64,000 bases of DNA from Stegostoma tigrinum (taxonomy: Eukaryota): NCBI RefSeq assembly GCF_030684315.1, contig NC_081397.1, positions 10,006,421 to 10,070,420 on the forward strand, given 5' to 3'. The translations under genes and the position numbers were made by a program. Positions 50,930-64,000 of the stretch are shown here, piece by piece. The stretch's first letter is position 1; each line of letters opens with the position of its first letter. The notes below the pieces were generated by a model. That model searched no databases. It worked only from the letters and a program-made list of their open reading frames with translations, and was not told where the DNA came from.

Positions 50930-53900
50930 TGGAGCAATAACTGACAGGTACAGGCTGATAACTGCACTCCTACGTTCTTAAAGCAGAAACTGACAGGCTT
51001 GGGCTGATAACTAAACTCTGAGGTTCACAAAGCAGCAGCTGGCATGTACAGATTGATAACTGTACTACGATATTCACAGAGCAGAAACAGAGAAAGATTG
51101 ACATCTGTACTCTTATTCATGTGGTATAAACATTATCGGTACAGATTTCTAACTCCACTCATTAACACACCGAGCAGAAACTGACAAGGAGAAATTATTT
51201 ATATTTCAATACCAGGACTGGCAAATCCAAATTGCTAAGCACATTCACTGCACACTCACTGGCTGATAGGGAACGATTGATAAATGTCCGGAAATAGTCA
51301 TGTAACAGAGACTACTAGTTACAGATTTATAACTGGACGCTCAGACACACAGCTGAAACTGACAGGGACTGACCGGTAAATGGACTCGGACATTCACATG
51401 GTAGTTACTGACAAAACATAGAACAGAGAACATTACAGCACAGTACAGGCCCTTTGGCCCTCGATGTTGTGCCGACCTGTCATACCGATCTCAAGCCCAT
51501 CTAACCTACACTATTCCATGTACGTCCATATACTTATCCAATGACTCCTTCAATGTACCCAAAGTTGGTGAATCTACTACCGTTGCAGGCAAAACGTTCC
51601 ATTCCCTTACTACTGAGTCAAGAAATTACCTCAGACATTTGTCCTATATCTTTCACCCCTCAATTTAAAGCTATGCCCCCTCGTGCTCACCGTCGCCATC
51701 CTAGGAAAAAGGCTCTCCCTATCCACCCCATCTAACCCTCTGATTATTTTATATGTTTCAATTAAGTCACCTCTCCACCTTCTTCTCTGTAATGAAAACA
51801 GCCTCAAGTCCCTCAGCCTTTCCTCAAGACCTTCCCTCCATATCAGGCAACATCCTAGTCAATCTCCTCTGCATCATTTCCAAAGCTTCCACATCCTTTT
51901 TATAATGTGGTGACCAGAACTGTATACAATACTCCAAGTGCAGCTGCACCAGAGTTTTGTACAGCTTCATCATAACCTCTTAGTTCCGGAACTCGATTAA
52001 TAAAAGCTAAAACACTGTATGCCGCCTTAACACCCCTGTCAACCTGGGTGGCAACTTTCAAGGATCTGTGTACATGGACACAGAGATCTCTCTGCTCATC
52101 TCCGCTACTAAGAATTTTACCATTAGCCCTGTACTTTGCCTTCTGGTTACTCTTACCAAAGTGCATCACCTCATACTTGTCTGCATTAAAATCCATTTGC
52201 CATCTCTCAGCCCAGCTCTGCAGCTTATCGATGACACTCTGCAACCTACAGCATCCTTCGTCACTATCCACAACTCCACTGACCTTTGGTGTCGTCTGCA
52301 AACATACTAACCCATCCTTCTACGCCCTCATCCAGGTCATTTATAAAAATTCCAAGCAGCAGTGGACCCAACACTGACCCTTGCGGTACACCACTAGTAA
52401 CTGCTCTCCAGGATGAACATTTCCCATCAACTACCACTGTCTTCTTTCGGCAGGCCAATTTCCGATCCAAACTGCTATATCTCGCACAGTTCCATTCCTC
52501 CGCATTTTGTACAACAGCCTCTTGTGGGGAACCTTATCGAACGCCTTGCTGAAATCGATAAACACCACATCAACCGGTTTACTCTCATCTACCTGTTTGG
52601 TCACCTCCTCAAAGAACTCCATGTTTGTGAGGCACTACCTTCCCTTCCCAAAACCATGCTGACTATCCCTAATCAATTTATGCTTTTGAGTATAAATCCG
52701 ATCCCTTATAACCTTTTCCAACACTTTACCAACAACTGTGGTAAGGCTCACTGGTCTATAATTACCAGGGTTGTCTCTACTCCCCTTCTTGAACAGGGAA
52801 ACCACATTTGCTACCCTCCAGTCATCTGGCACTATTCCTGAACTTTTGATAACAAATCTATCATATCTACACAGCAAAAACTGACAGAAACAGATTAATA
52901 ATAAAACTCCCAGTTTTGCATTAGTTATCAAACTGTACCTGTCAGTTTAAACAATCAGATATTTTCACAGCAGAATCTGACAATAACTGATCGATTACTA
53001 AACTCAGATTGACAAGCAAATACAAAACAGGTATAGACGTGACAACTACACTCATGCATTGACCACCAGCAACTGATGTGTAGGTGCACAACTACACTCA
53101 TTCACATGGCAGTAACAGAGAGCTACAGCTTAATAACTACAGTCACCCACCTGCATTACAGTAACTGTCAGGGGCAGGTTGATAACACTCACACATTGAT
53201 GTGACAGAAACTGACATGTACTGATAATAACTAAACCCATCTATGGATACAGCAGAAACTGACAGAGACTGATAATTGCACTTCCATTATCATTGCAGAA
53301 ACTGAGATTTATAACTGCACCCTCTCATTCACATGACAAAAACTGAGTGTACAGATTTGATAACCATAGCCACACATTTGTATTGTAATACGTGACAGGG
53401 ATGGGATAATCCTTCCTGCAAAATGTTACAAGAAAGCAAGAGCACAATGTCATTTGTTCAAATTATCAATATAGCTTCCCGCAAAATGCCGATATCCTGA
53501 AAATCTACAAAAACCTGACTGGGTCCTGGTTATTTAGCCACCTTTTAGGGTTTTTTTTCCTGCCTCTGACACCACCTGTTATGTCATGTGGACTGTTTTC
53601 AAGACATCCATATTTATTTCCCCAAGTTCCCGAGCCTCCACAAGGACAGAATGATAACTAAACTCATGTTCACGTAAAAGAAACATGGAGAGAATGCTCA
53701 TTACTCACATTCACAAACTTGAAACTGACAACTGCAGATGAATAACTGCGCTCAGATTTACAGAGCAGAAGTTGATGGTGTCAGCACAATAACTGCTCTT
53801 GATACTTTCAGAGCAGAATCTGATGGTGTATGTTCATAACAGAACTCTTACTTTCACCTTGCAGAAACTGCCAGGTATTGATTCATAACTGCACTCAGAT

Positions 53901-55280
53901 TGACAAAGCAAAAACTGACAGGAACAATTTGATAAATACACTCTTAGCAGAAACTGACAGATCAGTTCTCTCATGGTGACTTTGTAAAGCAAGATAAATT
54001 GGTAACTGCCATTATATACAGTGTTGCAGAAATTGACCGATACAGGATGATAACTTTCAACACATCAACAAAACAGTGACTGGAAGAGACAGATTGATAA
54101 CTGCATTCCGACATTTTTCTGAAAATTTATTGATGGGATGTGTGTGTCACAGACTATCCTTAATTATGCACAGAAGGCAGTTCAGTGCCAACCACATTGC
54201 TGTGTGTCTGGGATCACATGTAGGCCAGACCAGGGAAGGATGGGAGACTTGGTTCCCAAAAGGATGTGAGAGGACCTGATTTATTTTTGTGGAGAATTGT
54301 CACTCAACTTTTCTCTTAGTTTATTGTTGAATTTTAATTCAACAATAATCTGCTATGATGGGACTTGAACTGCGGTCACAGAATAATATCTGGCTGTCTG
54401 GAATAATAGTCCAACGACAATGCTATTAGACGATTACCTTTTCTGCTCGCATTCACAGAGTTGAACCTGACAGTTATGGATTGGTAACTACACTCTCTCA
54501 AATTCACTGAGCTAAAAGTGACAGAATAGATTGGTGACCGCACCCTCATAAACAGAGGATGCTGAGAGGAGCGGATTGATAACTGTATGCACAAATACAC
54601 ATTGCAAAATTTGGCACATACAAATTGATAGATGCACTCGCACATTAGAAACCGGAAACTGATGGACAGAAGGTAATAACTAATTAATTAATTAATAATT
54701 CACAGCAGAAACCTAGAGGTATAATCCTGATAATTACACAAGAATATTCACTGGGGAGACACTGACAAGGTTCAAATTGATAATGACAATCTCATTCATA
54801 CAACAGAAATTGGTTGGTACGCACTGAAAAGCACACTCTCATAATTACAGAACAGAAACTGACAATCACAGACTGATAACTACATTTTCATATTCACATG
54901 TCTGAAAATGACTGTTACAATTGAATGAATATGGTTGCATTTTTACAAGCAGAAACATTCAAGGTTACGCTAACAACTGCACCCACACATTCAAAGCTTG
55001 GAACTGACAGGTAAAGATGAAAAACCAAGCTCACGTGTTGACATAGCAGAAACTGAGAAGCGAAGTCTGAATCCTGCTCTCTGACATTCAGATAGCAGAA
55101 AACGACTGGCACAGATGGATAAGTATACTCACCTTGCAGACACTGACACGAACATTCCCACATCACCAAACATTCAGGTAAAGACTTAGAACGGCATTCT
55201 CATATTCACAAAGGGGAAAAAAAAATCATGGTCAAGTACAATTTGATAACTTCTCAAACACAGGGCAGAATCTCACAGGT
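50930..55280. repeat. Degenerate ~48-bp tandem repeat arrays in inverted orientation
   Basis: Units read AGCAGAAACTGACAGGTACAGATTGATAACTACACTC. Interrupted by CR1 at 51415-52840 and a LINE tail at ~54130-54430. Confidence 0.88.
51415..52840 (-). mobile_element. CR1 LINE RT + 3' end
   Basis: [55 protein letters not shown] and FADDTK. AGAACA-type tail at ~51415-51432. Confidence 0.95.
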
Positions 55281-55652
55281 CCCCATCAGTCTCTGCTGTG
55301 TGAATACATAAGTAATTTAACAAAGGCTCACCAATGTGTGAGACATGAATAGATCAACAAATAAACTCATATCCACAGACCCACTCACATTGTGTACTCC
55401 CATTCATGGATCTGGACATTTAGTTCGTTTCTGGACTTCACTCAATTGTTATGGAATTAACAAAAAGAAAAATCACAAGACAAAGAAACAGCTCAGAGCA
55501 AGAGTGGAATCAAACACCTAATTCTGTTCAGATTCCTGGCTTGAAATTAAATATTGTAATGATTATTAACTGAACATTGCATTGATCAATGAAATATCAT
55601 TGAACTTGGCTGATGTTGATTTACAGGAGGGTTTTCTTCTGTCTTCCTCCAG

Positions 55653-55734
55653 GCAAATACGTGAGGGACTAAGAGAAAGTAATATTCCCTCGGTACAAAG
55701 CTAAGTGTGACCAGCTGCTTCGAACAAATGGAAG
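55653..55734 (+). other. 82-nt exon-like element of the multi-copy spliced unit
   Basis: TTTTCTTCTGTCTTCCTCCAG|GCAAATAC...GGAAG|GTATGT. Contains an in-frame TAA. Confidence 0.55.
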
Positions 55735-55949
55735 GTATGTTACCGCTGTCAGAGCAGAGAGCATCCTTTCCACAGTCACAGAGCAGATTGAGTCAGACAC
55801 ATATTGAGGTCAATTTCCAGTGAGATTTGTTCCAACAACACAGAGGAAATAGAAGTTTTGTTTTTTTTCCACCATTCACAATGCACACCTGCCCAGTTTG
55901 AACAAATTTCAGCATTGTGTTTTGCGAGATCTGCAGCTCGGATAGTGGA

Positions 55950-56780
55950 TAATGTTGAGCTGGCTTGCTTTTCTTCATACAGTTCATCACCATGCTCAGT
56001 GGTATCATCAGTGGAGCCTCCAATGAGTCAATGTTATTCCACTCCCAGTAGAATTTATACTGTATGGTCCATTATGGTGACTACTGTCATTTCTGGTTTT
56101 GATCTGTCTGAGTTTTCATATATGGGGTCCGATTCTATAATCTTGTTGATTTTGAAGTATGCATGGAAAACCATACCTCTCGGAATTCCTGTGTGTCTGT
56201 GTTTGGCTTGGGCTACCATGGTTACTTTGTCCCATGTTAACCTGATGGCCTTTATTGTCTGAATATGTGATACATTCAGACAACGAAGGCCATCAGTTGA
56301 AATGGGACAAAGTAACTGTATTAAAAACCAAGAACTGTGGATGCTGTAAATCAGGAACAAAAAACAAACTTGCTCAAAGCTCTGCACCTCAGCAGTAACT
56401 GGTTCTGAGGAAAGGTTACTGGACGCGCAAGACTAACTCTGTTTTTCCCTTTACTGATGCTGCCTGTCCTGAGCTTTTTCCAGCACCTTTTTATTTTTGT
56501 TGGATAAAGTAACCATAGCAGCCTAAGCCAAACATAGACATGTACAGGAATTCCTAGAGACATTGTTCTCCACACAAACATAGAATTGGACCCCATGTAT
56601 AAACCCATATAGATAAAAACTGAAATGACAGTACTCAGCATAACAGACCTGACAGTGTAAATTCCAAGCAGAGGAGAATAACACTACATCATCAGAGGCT
56701 CCACTGATGATGTCACCTAGCACGGTGGCAAAACGTCTGAACAAAAACAAGCCAGCTCAGTGACCAAGTCAACAAAGTCA
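55950..56780. mobile_element. Inverted pair of Poseidon-type PLE 3' ends with a nested second-family element
   Basis: Left arm (-) WDKVTMVAQAKHRHTG and right arm (+) are homologous. Hammerhead-like motifs at 55978-56011 (-) and 56704-56737 (+). Nested insert 56317-56501 has TSD GGAYAAAGTAAC. Confidence 0.8.
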
Positions 56781-56959
56781 CATTTCTGCATTCACAGCCC
56801 ATTGACATTTACACCATTTTTGAAGATGGACAGACTGAATACTCGTCCAAAATATACACTCAGAAACTGAATCTAATCTCCATTGAATCACTCTGATAAC
56901 AGCTACCACATAACAAATTGCATCGTCACAGAATATTACTGGCTGCCAAAGTTCAGCTG

Positions 56960-57820
56960 TGTTGACAAATAGAAACTGACAAGCATGTGTTGATATCTCT
57001 GCTTAATCATTCACCCTGTAGAAACAGGCAAAAAATAGGTTGACACTCTCTCATATATGGGGGAAAAAAAGTTTGCTAAAACCATTCTCAAATTCATATT
57101 TGAAAACCTGATATGTACAAATTAATATTTATGCTCACACACCAAACTACACGTACCCAAATGATAACTATGCTTACATATCCACATCACAGCAACAGAG
57201 AAGAACGGATTGTTGATAACGCTCCAGTTTCACAGCATAACTTCACAGGTCCAATTTTATAAATGCATTTAAATATCCACAGACTTAACAGTTTTTTTTT
57301 AGGTGCAGTGTGATAACGGTAGTAGATTCACCAACTTTAGGTACATTTAAGTCGTCATTGGATTAGCATGTGGATGTACATGGAATAGTGTAGGTTAGAT
57401 GGACTTCAGATCGGTATGACAGGTTGGCATACTATTGAGGGCCAAAAGGCCTGTACTGTGCTGGAATATTCAATGCAACGACACTCCAATTTTCAGCAGA
57501 TTCTCACAGGTACATACTGATTATGAACTTCACGTGTCCATGAAGCAGAAACGGACAGGAACAGCTTGCTAATAACCCTCCCAATGTCAGACAGCTTGAA
57601 CTGACAGGTACACTTTGATAACTACATGCATATCAACAGTGCAGTAACTGACACCTATGTATTGGTAACTACACACATACACACTCTCTCACACACACTC
57701 ACTGAGCAGAAAATGAGAAATATAACTGGATAACTAAACAGACATATTGACATTGCAGAAATTGACAGGCTACATGGATAACTACACTCATATCTTGCAG
57801 CAGAAACTGATAGTGACACT
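56960..57820. repeat. Degenerate ~48-bp tandem repeat array (inverted orientation) with a CR1 tail at 57300-57470
   Basis: Same consensus as the other arrays. Confidence 0.8.
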
Positions 57821-58374
57821 GATTGAAGAGCCTAAGTGGGGGAGAGAGAGTAAAATTTGTCAAATCAATAGAAAGCAAAAAGCACTGGTCACAGTACATC
57901 AGTGCTCGTCTGTGACCGAGGTAATCCGAGTAAAACTGATACCGAGACACGCTGGCAGGTGTCTAAGGAATGTATGAATAGTTTGGGCCGAGATATATTG
58001 GAGATTTGAAGAAGGACGTCAAACCTTTCGAGGAAACAAAAAGTAAAGGGTCTTGACGGAACAGGCAATTTAAAATAGTGTCTAAAGATGGTGCGCACGA
58101 TTAATGCTCTCTTTCAGCGGAAAAAAAAGTATCGATTGGTTTATTAACATATCGAGGTGTTTTTGAAATGTGAAATGAATATGCAGGTGCAGATTTCGGC
58201 CCCTTTTTACCGCTTGCATTTAAGGTTTTGAAAATCCGATTCAAGGTCAGAAATGGACATTCCACTCGGGTCCGCAATGCGGGAAAGTGGGATGAAGTCA
58301 AATATACATTCATAATCTTGAAGTAAATTTCTTCACGCATTCTATTCTGTTGAACGTCCGAGTTTTCGTTAAAC

Positions 58375-59020
<646 letters not shown>

Positions 59021-59050
59021 AGAGACCGTTTTGGAACCTGATAATCCAAA

Positions 59051-59088
59051 GGCTCTTTTTAGAGCCACCCACAACATCAGTGAAAGAG
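59051..59088 (+). terminator. Histone 3' stem-loop and HDE (H2A copy 2)
   Basis: GGCTCTTTTTAGAGCC at 59051-59066, then ACCCA and AAAGAG at ~59083. Confidence 0.97.
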
Positions 59089-59899
59089 TCTCAGACCTCG
59101 TTTCTGTTCGATTGATTTAATTTTAAATATATAGAGCCTGGGACTTCGCAACGTCAAATTTCAATCACATCATTCATTGATCCTGTAGTTGTCACAGTTC
59201 GATAGAGAATGAAATCCATCCTGCTGCTCCTGATTTCGGTAATATTTCCATTCAGAGCTGGCAGCCGATGAGCAGGAAGAAGTTATGATGAGCTTATTAT
59301 AAAATTACAATGTATAACATATTTGGAGAACAGAATAATCGTTTTGCAAATACGTTTTCCAGTCCCACTGCTTGTTGTTCACTGCCAATTTCACATCTCC
59401 CTTAATCGCATCAGAGAAAGCGAAAGTGACCCGGGGCAGCACGTTGCAGGGTCATTTGCTTTTGATAATGAACGGCCACTGACCCTCTGCGCATTAGTCT
59501 CGGGTGCAGCTCATTTTCCTGCCTTTTGTATTATCGAGTCCTCACAGTGTGGAAGCAGGTCATTCGGCCCGTCGAGGCCCGACTGACCCTCTGAAGAGCA
59601 TCTCTCCCAAAGTGCCCTTCCATATCCCTGTCACTCTGTCTTTCTCTGGACGCACTGGGCCCATAGCATAGCCATGCCACATAAAGTGCACATCTTTGGA
59701 CTATGGAGGAAACCAGAGCACCTGGAGGAAATCCTCAAAGACACTAAGGCCACCCACCAGCCTACCTTTTATCCTGGGAGTAGCAGCCATGGCCTGTACA
59801 GCTTCTCCCTGAAGCTGAGCCCCTTACAAATCTTTTATGAATGTTTAAGCTTAAAGTAAAAGAAAAAGCTTCTAGTCAGTCTGGCTGTTCATCATCTTG

Positions 59900-61640
59900 A
59901 AACCTTGGATGAACTGTCTAATCCATTCCCTACAGCAGACCAGGAGTGCAGCATCAAAAGGGGACGACCAGAAAATTCAGCGGAGAAGGCTTCAGCAAAT
60001 CCATCAAAGATACCAAGAGGCAGGACTGGAACAGTTTAGTGGCCCCAACCAACCAAACTGAGCAAAGCAAGATAGTGGACAAAGACAGTTCCCACCCTGA
60101 TGCTGTCTATGCTTGGTTTACACAGAATGCCAGCAGCGTGGTGTCCACTGCCCCGCCAGGCCTCAATGCACCTGTTCTATCGGTCACTGCAGTTGTCAGA
60201 TCCGTCTTCCTGGTGAGAACACCCAAGGAAAGTAACTGACCTGGACTGAAGCACCAACTGTGCATGTAATTCCTGTGGGGAGGTACTCTGACATCTTTGA
60301 TGTCTCCCTCTGACAAGCTGTACTCTGCACCTGCTTGAGAAGACCACCATTATCCCAGTCCGAAAAACCACATGCAGTATGACTTCATCTGTACTGCCCA
60401 GTAGCTCTGGCATCCAAAATCATGAAGTGCTTCGAGATGCTGGTCATGGCCCACTTGAACTCTCGACTTTCAGCCTGCCTCAATCCCTTGCAATTTTCCC
60501 ACTAATGCAACAGGCCCACAGCAAGATGCCCTTTTCCCAGCCCTGCAATCATCCCTGGAACATCTGGGCAACAAGGCCACCTACAATCAGGCTTCTGCTC
60601 ATCAACTACAGCTCAGTCTTCAACACCATTATCCCTGCAAGACGGATCTCAAAACTAACACCTCAGGCTTGGCTCCACCCTGTGCAACTGACTCCTCAGC
60701 TTCCTGAAACACAGACCACAAATCGAGAAGATAGGCAACTGAATCTCCTCTGCGAGGACATTCAAACACTGCAACCCTCAAGAATGCATTGTCAGGTCCC
60801 TACTGTACTCCTTGTATACTCACTATTGTTGTCAAATTCTGAATGAATGCCACCTATAAGTTTGCTGTTGGCAACACAATGATGGGATGGATAATAAATA
60901 ATGATTATTCAGATGACAGGAAGGAGATGGAGGGTTTGGTGACTTGGTGCAATGATAAAAAGAAAACTGAATGTTCACAAAACAAAAGAACTTATAATTG
61001 GCTTCAGAAGGAAAAGAGCAGAACACACCCTCAGGTCCATCAACAGAGTAGGGTGCTGAGAGTGTCAATTTCCCAAGAGTTACAATAACCAACAACCTTC
61101 ATGGGACTTCCCACATAGATGCAATGGTAATGAAGGCACAAAGGCCTTGTCTTCCTGAGGCTGCTCATGTATTTGGCATGTTACTCATGCACCATAGAAA
61201 GCATACTGTCTGGGTTCACAGAGGCCTGATATGGAACCTGCTCTGTCCTGTTCCACGAGCGACTGTGGAAGGTTGTGTTCACACCCCACACCATCACGGC
61301 ACCCAACTTCCCAACCATGGGCTCTCGTTGCTGTGCAAAACCTGAGACATCAAAATCCATCCAACCCCAGTGGTGCCCTCCTACAACCTCTTGCATCAGG
61401 CAGAAGATACAGAAGCTCGAACACCCACACCAGCAGGTTCAAGAACAGATTCTTCCCTGCCATAGTTAGACTGACGAATGGACACTCAAATTTCAAAAGT
61501 GTTGATCTTGCCTGCATACATCCTGTGGAGTGTAACTTGTATGCCTTATTGTTTCCATTTTTCACATTATGACCTGTATGTGCTTACTGACTATGATCTG
61601 GCTATACTGCTCGCCAACAAAACCATTCACTATTTAGGAA
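59900..61640 (+). mobile_element. Rex1/Babar-like non-LTR element, decayed
   Basis: IRLLLINYSSVFNTIIP..ISKL, YKFAVGNT.MGWI.NND.SD.RKEMEGLVTWCND and LASGRRYRS..T.TSRFKNRFFP. Confidence 0.8.
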
Positions 61641-62634
61641 CATGTCACAATAAATCTAATTAAATTCCCGTAGCAGAGAGGCCAGAATTGAATGCATTAT
61701 TCCAAGTGTTCTAATCCATGTCCTGTACAGCTGCAACTTGTCCTCCCAACGACCGTTCTCAATATACTGGCCAAATTTTCCGAAGGATACCATCAGCAAC
61801 AAATGTTGAAACAGAAGTTAAACAAGTTACAACCTTATTTTCAAAAGGCTGAAAAAGCCACCCCAGTGCCCCCTGAAAGAAGTTTTGTACAAGATGTGAT
61901 AATGGGCCAGTTGGAGGTTTCAGTTCAGTGGTGGTTAATGCAGCTACATTGTATGTGTTCAAATATCATGAAACAAAAACAAAAACGGCAACGTCTGATC
62001 AGGTTCCAGTTTCACAACTGATTTTTCTTTTTGTGAAGAGAAGGTGTGTGGCCAAGATATTGTCAATTCATACATTCTTTCCAAGCAGTTTTAAAAGGCA
62101 ATCGTTTCACATTGAACATCTGTCTCTGCCTCAATTATATGAAAAGAGCACTTCCTTCAAAACAAGACACATTGCTGAATTTACCTTCACCCACTTGTTC
62201 AAAATGTGGGAAACTGACATATTTACTGTCAACCCCTCATGCCGACAGTAACTTGTGAGCAGGCGTCAGCACTAGAAACATATTCGACCCTAATCATCAA
62301 AACCCTGAAGCCTGCATGCATGTTACATTTATTATAAATACAGAGGTTAAAGCAGTTTGAATTTGCTCATCAGATTATGAGCATCACTGGCTCGGCTAAA
62401 CCACCTGTAATTGCCCAGAGAGCCATTATGTATAGTCAATATCAGTGATGGGAGTGTGGAGTCACACCTAAAAGGGAGAGAGAACATAATAAACTCCAGT
62501 AACTCATTGTTCAGCTACTTCCATTTGCTCAAGTTGCTTTTTTTGACTCCATTTCCAGGGTGACAAGCCTTAGTGGGGTATGGACCATGTGCTTCACCCC
62601 TGGCAAACAAAGCAATTACCTTCTATTTAAGTCA

Positions 62635-63730
62635 GAGAAAATGCCAGCTGCAGATACTGGACAATCCGAGATAACAAAGTATGGGGCTGGATGAACACAG
62701 CAGGCCAAGCAGCATCTTAGGAGCACAAAAGTTGATGTTTCGGGCCTAGCCCCTTCATCAGAAAATGGGGGATGGGGAGGCAATTCTGAAATAAATAGGG
62801 AGAGAGTGGGAGGCGGACTGAAGATGGATGAAGGAGAAGATAAGTGGAGTAGCGAGTATAGGTGGGGAGTTAGGGAGGGGATAGGTCAGCCTGGGGAGGA
62901 TGGACAGGTCAAGGGGTGGGGGGAAGATAAGGTCAGTAGGTAAGAAATGGAGATGTGGCTTGAGGTGGGAGGAGGGGATAGGTGAGAGGAAGAACGGGTT
63001 ATGGCGACAGGGTGGGGGCGAGCTGCGCTGGTTTTGGGATGCAGTGGGGAGAGGGGAGATTTTGAAGCTGGTGAAATCGATAGCACTAGGCTGCAGGGTT
63101 CCCAAGTGGAACATGAGTTGCTGTTCCTGCAACCTTCGAGTGGCATCATTATGGCACTGCAGGAGGCCCAGGAGGGACATTTGCCTGAGAAGTGGGAGGG
63201 TGAGTTAAAATGGTTCGCGACTGGGAGGTGCAGTTGTTTGTAGCGAACCGAGTGTAGGTGTTCTGCAAAGCTGTCCCTAAGCCTCCACTTGGTTTCCCCA
63301 ATGTAGAGGGAGCCACAACGGGTACAGTGGATACAGAATAACACATTGGCAGATGTGCAGGTGAACATCTGCAAGATGTGGATCATCTTGGGGCCTGGGA
63401 TGTGGAGGAGGGGTGGGGGGCAAGTGGAGCACTTCCTGCAGTGGCAGGTGAAAGTGCCAGGTGTGGTGAGGGTGGAGGGGTGTGTGGACTGGACAAGGGA
63501 GTCGCAGACAGAGTGGTCTCTCCTGAAGGTAGATAAGAGTGGGGATGGAAAAAATGTCTTGTGGTGGGGTCGGATTGTAGATGGTGGAAGTGTCAGAGTT
63601 TACCTCCCACTCATGAACTATTTTAACTCCCACTCCCATTCCTCAGACGACATGTCCAACCTGGGCCTCCTGCAATGCCATAGTGATGTCACCCATAGGT
63701 TTCAGGAACAGCAACTCATTCTCCATTGGT
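62635..63730 (-). mobile_element. Penelope-like (Neptune-type) 3' fragment with GIY-YIG, pLTR and a short inverted piece
   Basis: FTCTSANVLFCIHCTRCGSLYIGETKWRL. Hammerhead CTGATGAAGGGGCTAGGCCCGAAACATC at 62734-62761 (-). Inverted segment at ~63600-63725. Confidence 0.9.
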
Positions 63731-63824
63731 GCCCCATTGATACATTGACAGGGATGAACTTTCGTGGAATCTCGACACAGCAGGAAATGGCCTTTCGAGC
63801 CTGAACGAGCCTCCGAAGAACATG

Positions 63825-64000
63825 GAAAGAACAGCTGATGCTACAAATCAGGAACAAGACCAGAAGTAGCTGAAAAAGCTCAGCAGGTCTGGCAGTAGTG
63901 AAGAAATTAAAATCCAGACTTAACGTTTCAGCTCCGGCGACCCTTGCAATTCTGAGGAAAGCTCACGGGACCCGAAAACTTAGCTCTGATTTTTTTCCTT
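63825..64000. mobile_element. Second-family (CTGAGGA) fold-back pLTR-like element
   Basis: Minus-strand ...GGGTCGCCGGAGCTGAAACGTT sits back-to-back with plus-strand CTGAGGAAAGCTCACGGGACCCGAAAACTT. Cut by the window edge. Confidence 0.65.

Overview
Vertebrate genomic DNA, most likely from a shark or other elasmobranch (inferred from the HE1-like tRNA SINE, dense CR1 LINEs, Penelope-like elements and a divergent H1). It holds a replication-dependent histone cluster of six intact, intronless genes, each with a 3' stem-loop: H4 (+), H3.2 (+), H2A (-), H2B (-), H1 (+) and a second H2A (+). There is also a 3'-only H1 relic at 20.3 kb. Most of the rest is decayed CR1, Rex1/Babar-like and Penelope-like (PLE; Neptune- and Poseidon-type) retroelements, microsatellites and arrays of a degenerate ~48-bp tandem repeat. 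Three things stand out. (1) An unrecognised multi-copy spliced unit is interleaved with the histone genes: an NRF1-type promoter with a first exon in 3 copies, an ~82-nt exon with conserved splice sites in 7 copies, and a further acceptor in 3 copies. It is probably non-coding. (2) More than 10 minimal hammerhead-ribozyme motifs from three PLE families are present. Several sit on tiny or fold-back insertions with clean 9-15 bp target-site duplications, and one insertion is a 1.5-kb palindrome. (3) A ~35-kb imperfect inverted duplication is centred on H1. Repeat boundaries and percent identities were estimated by eye; nothing was computed or database-searched.
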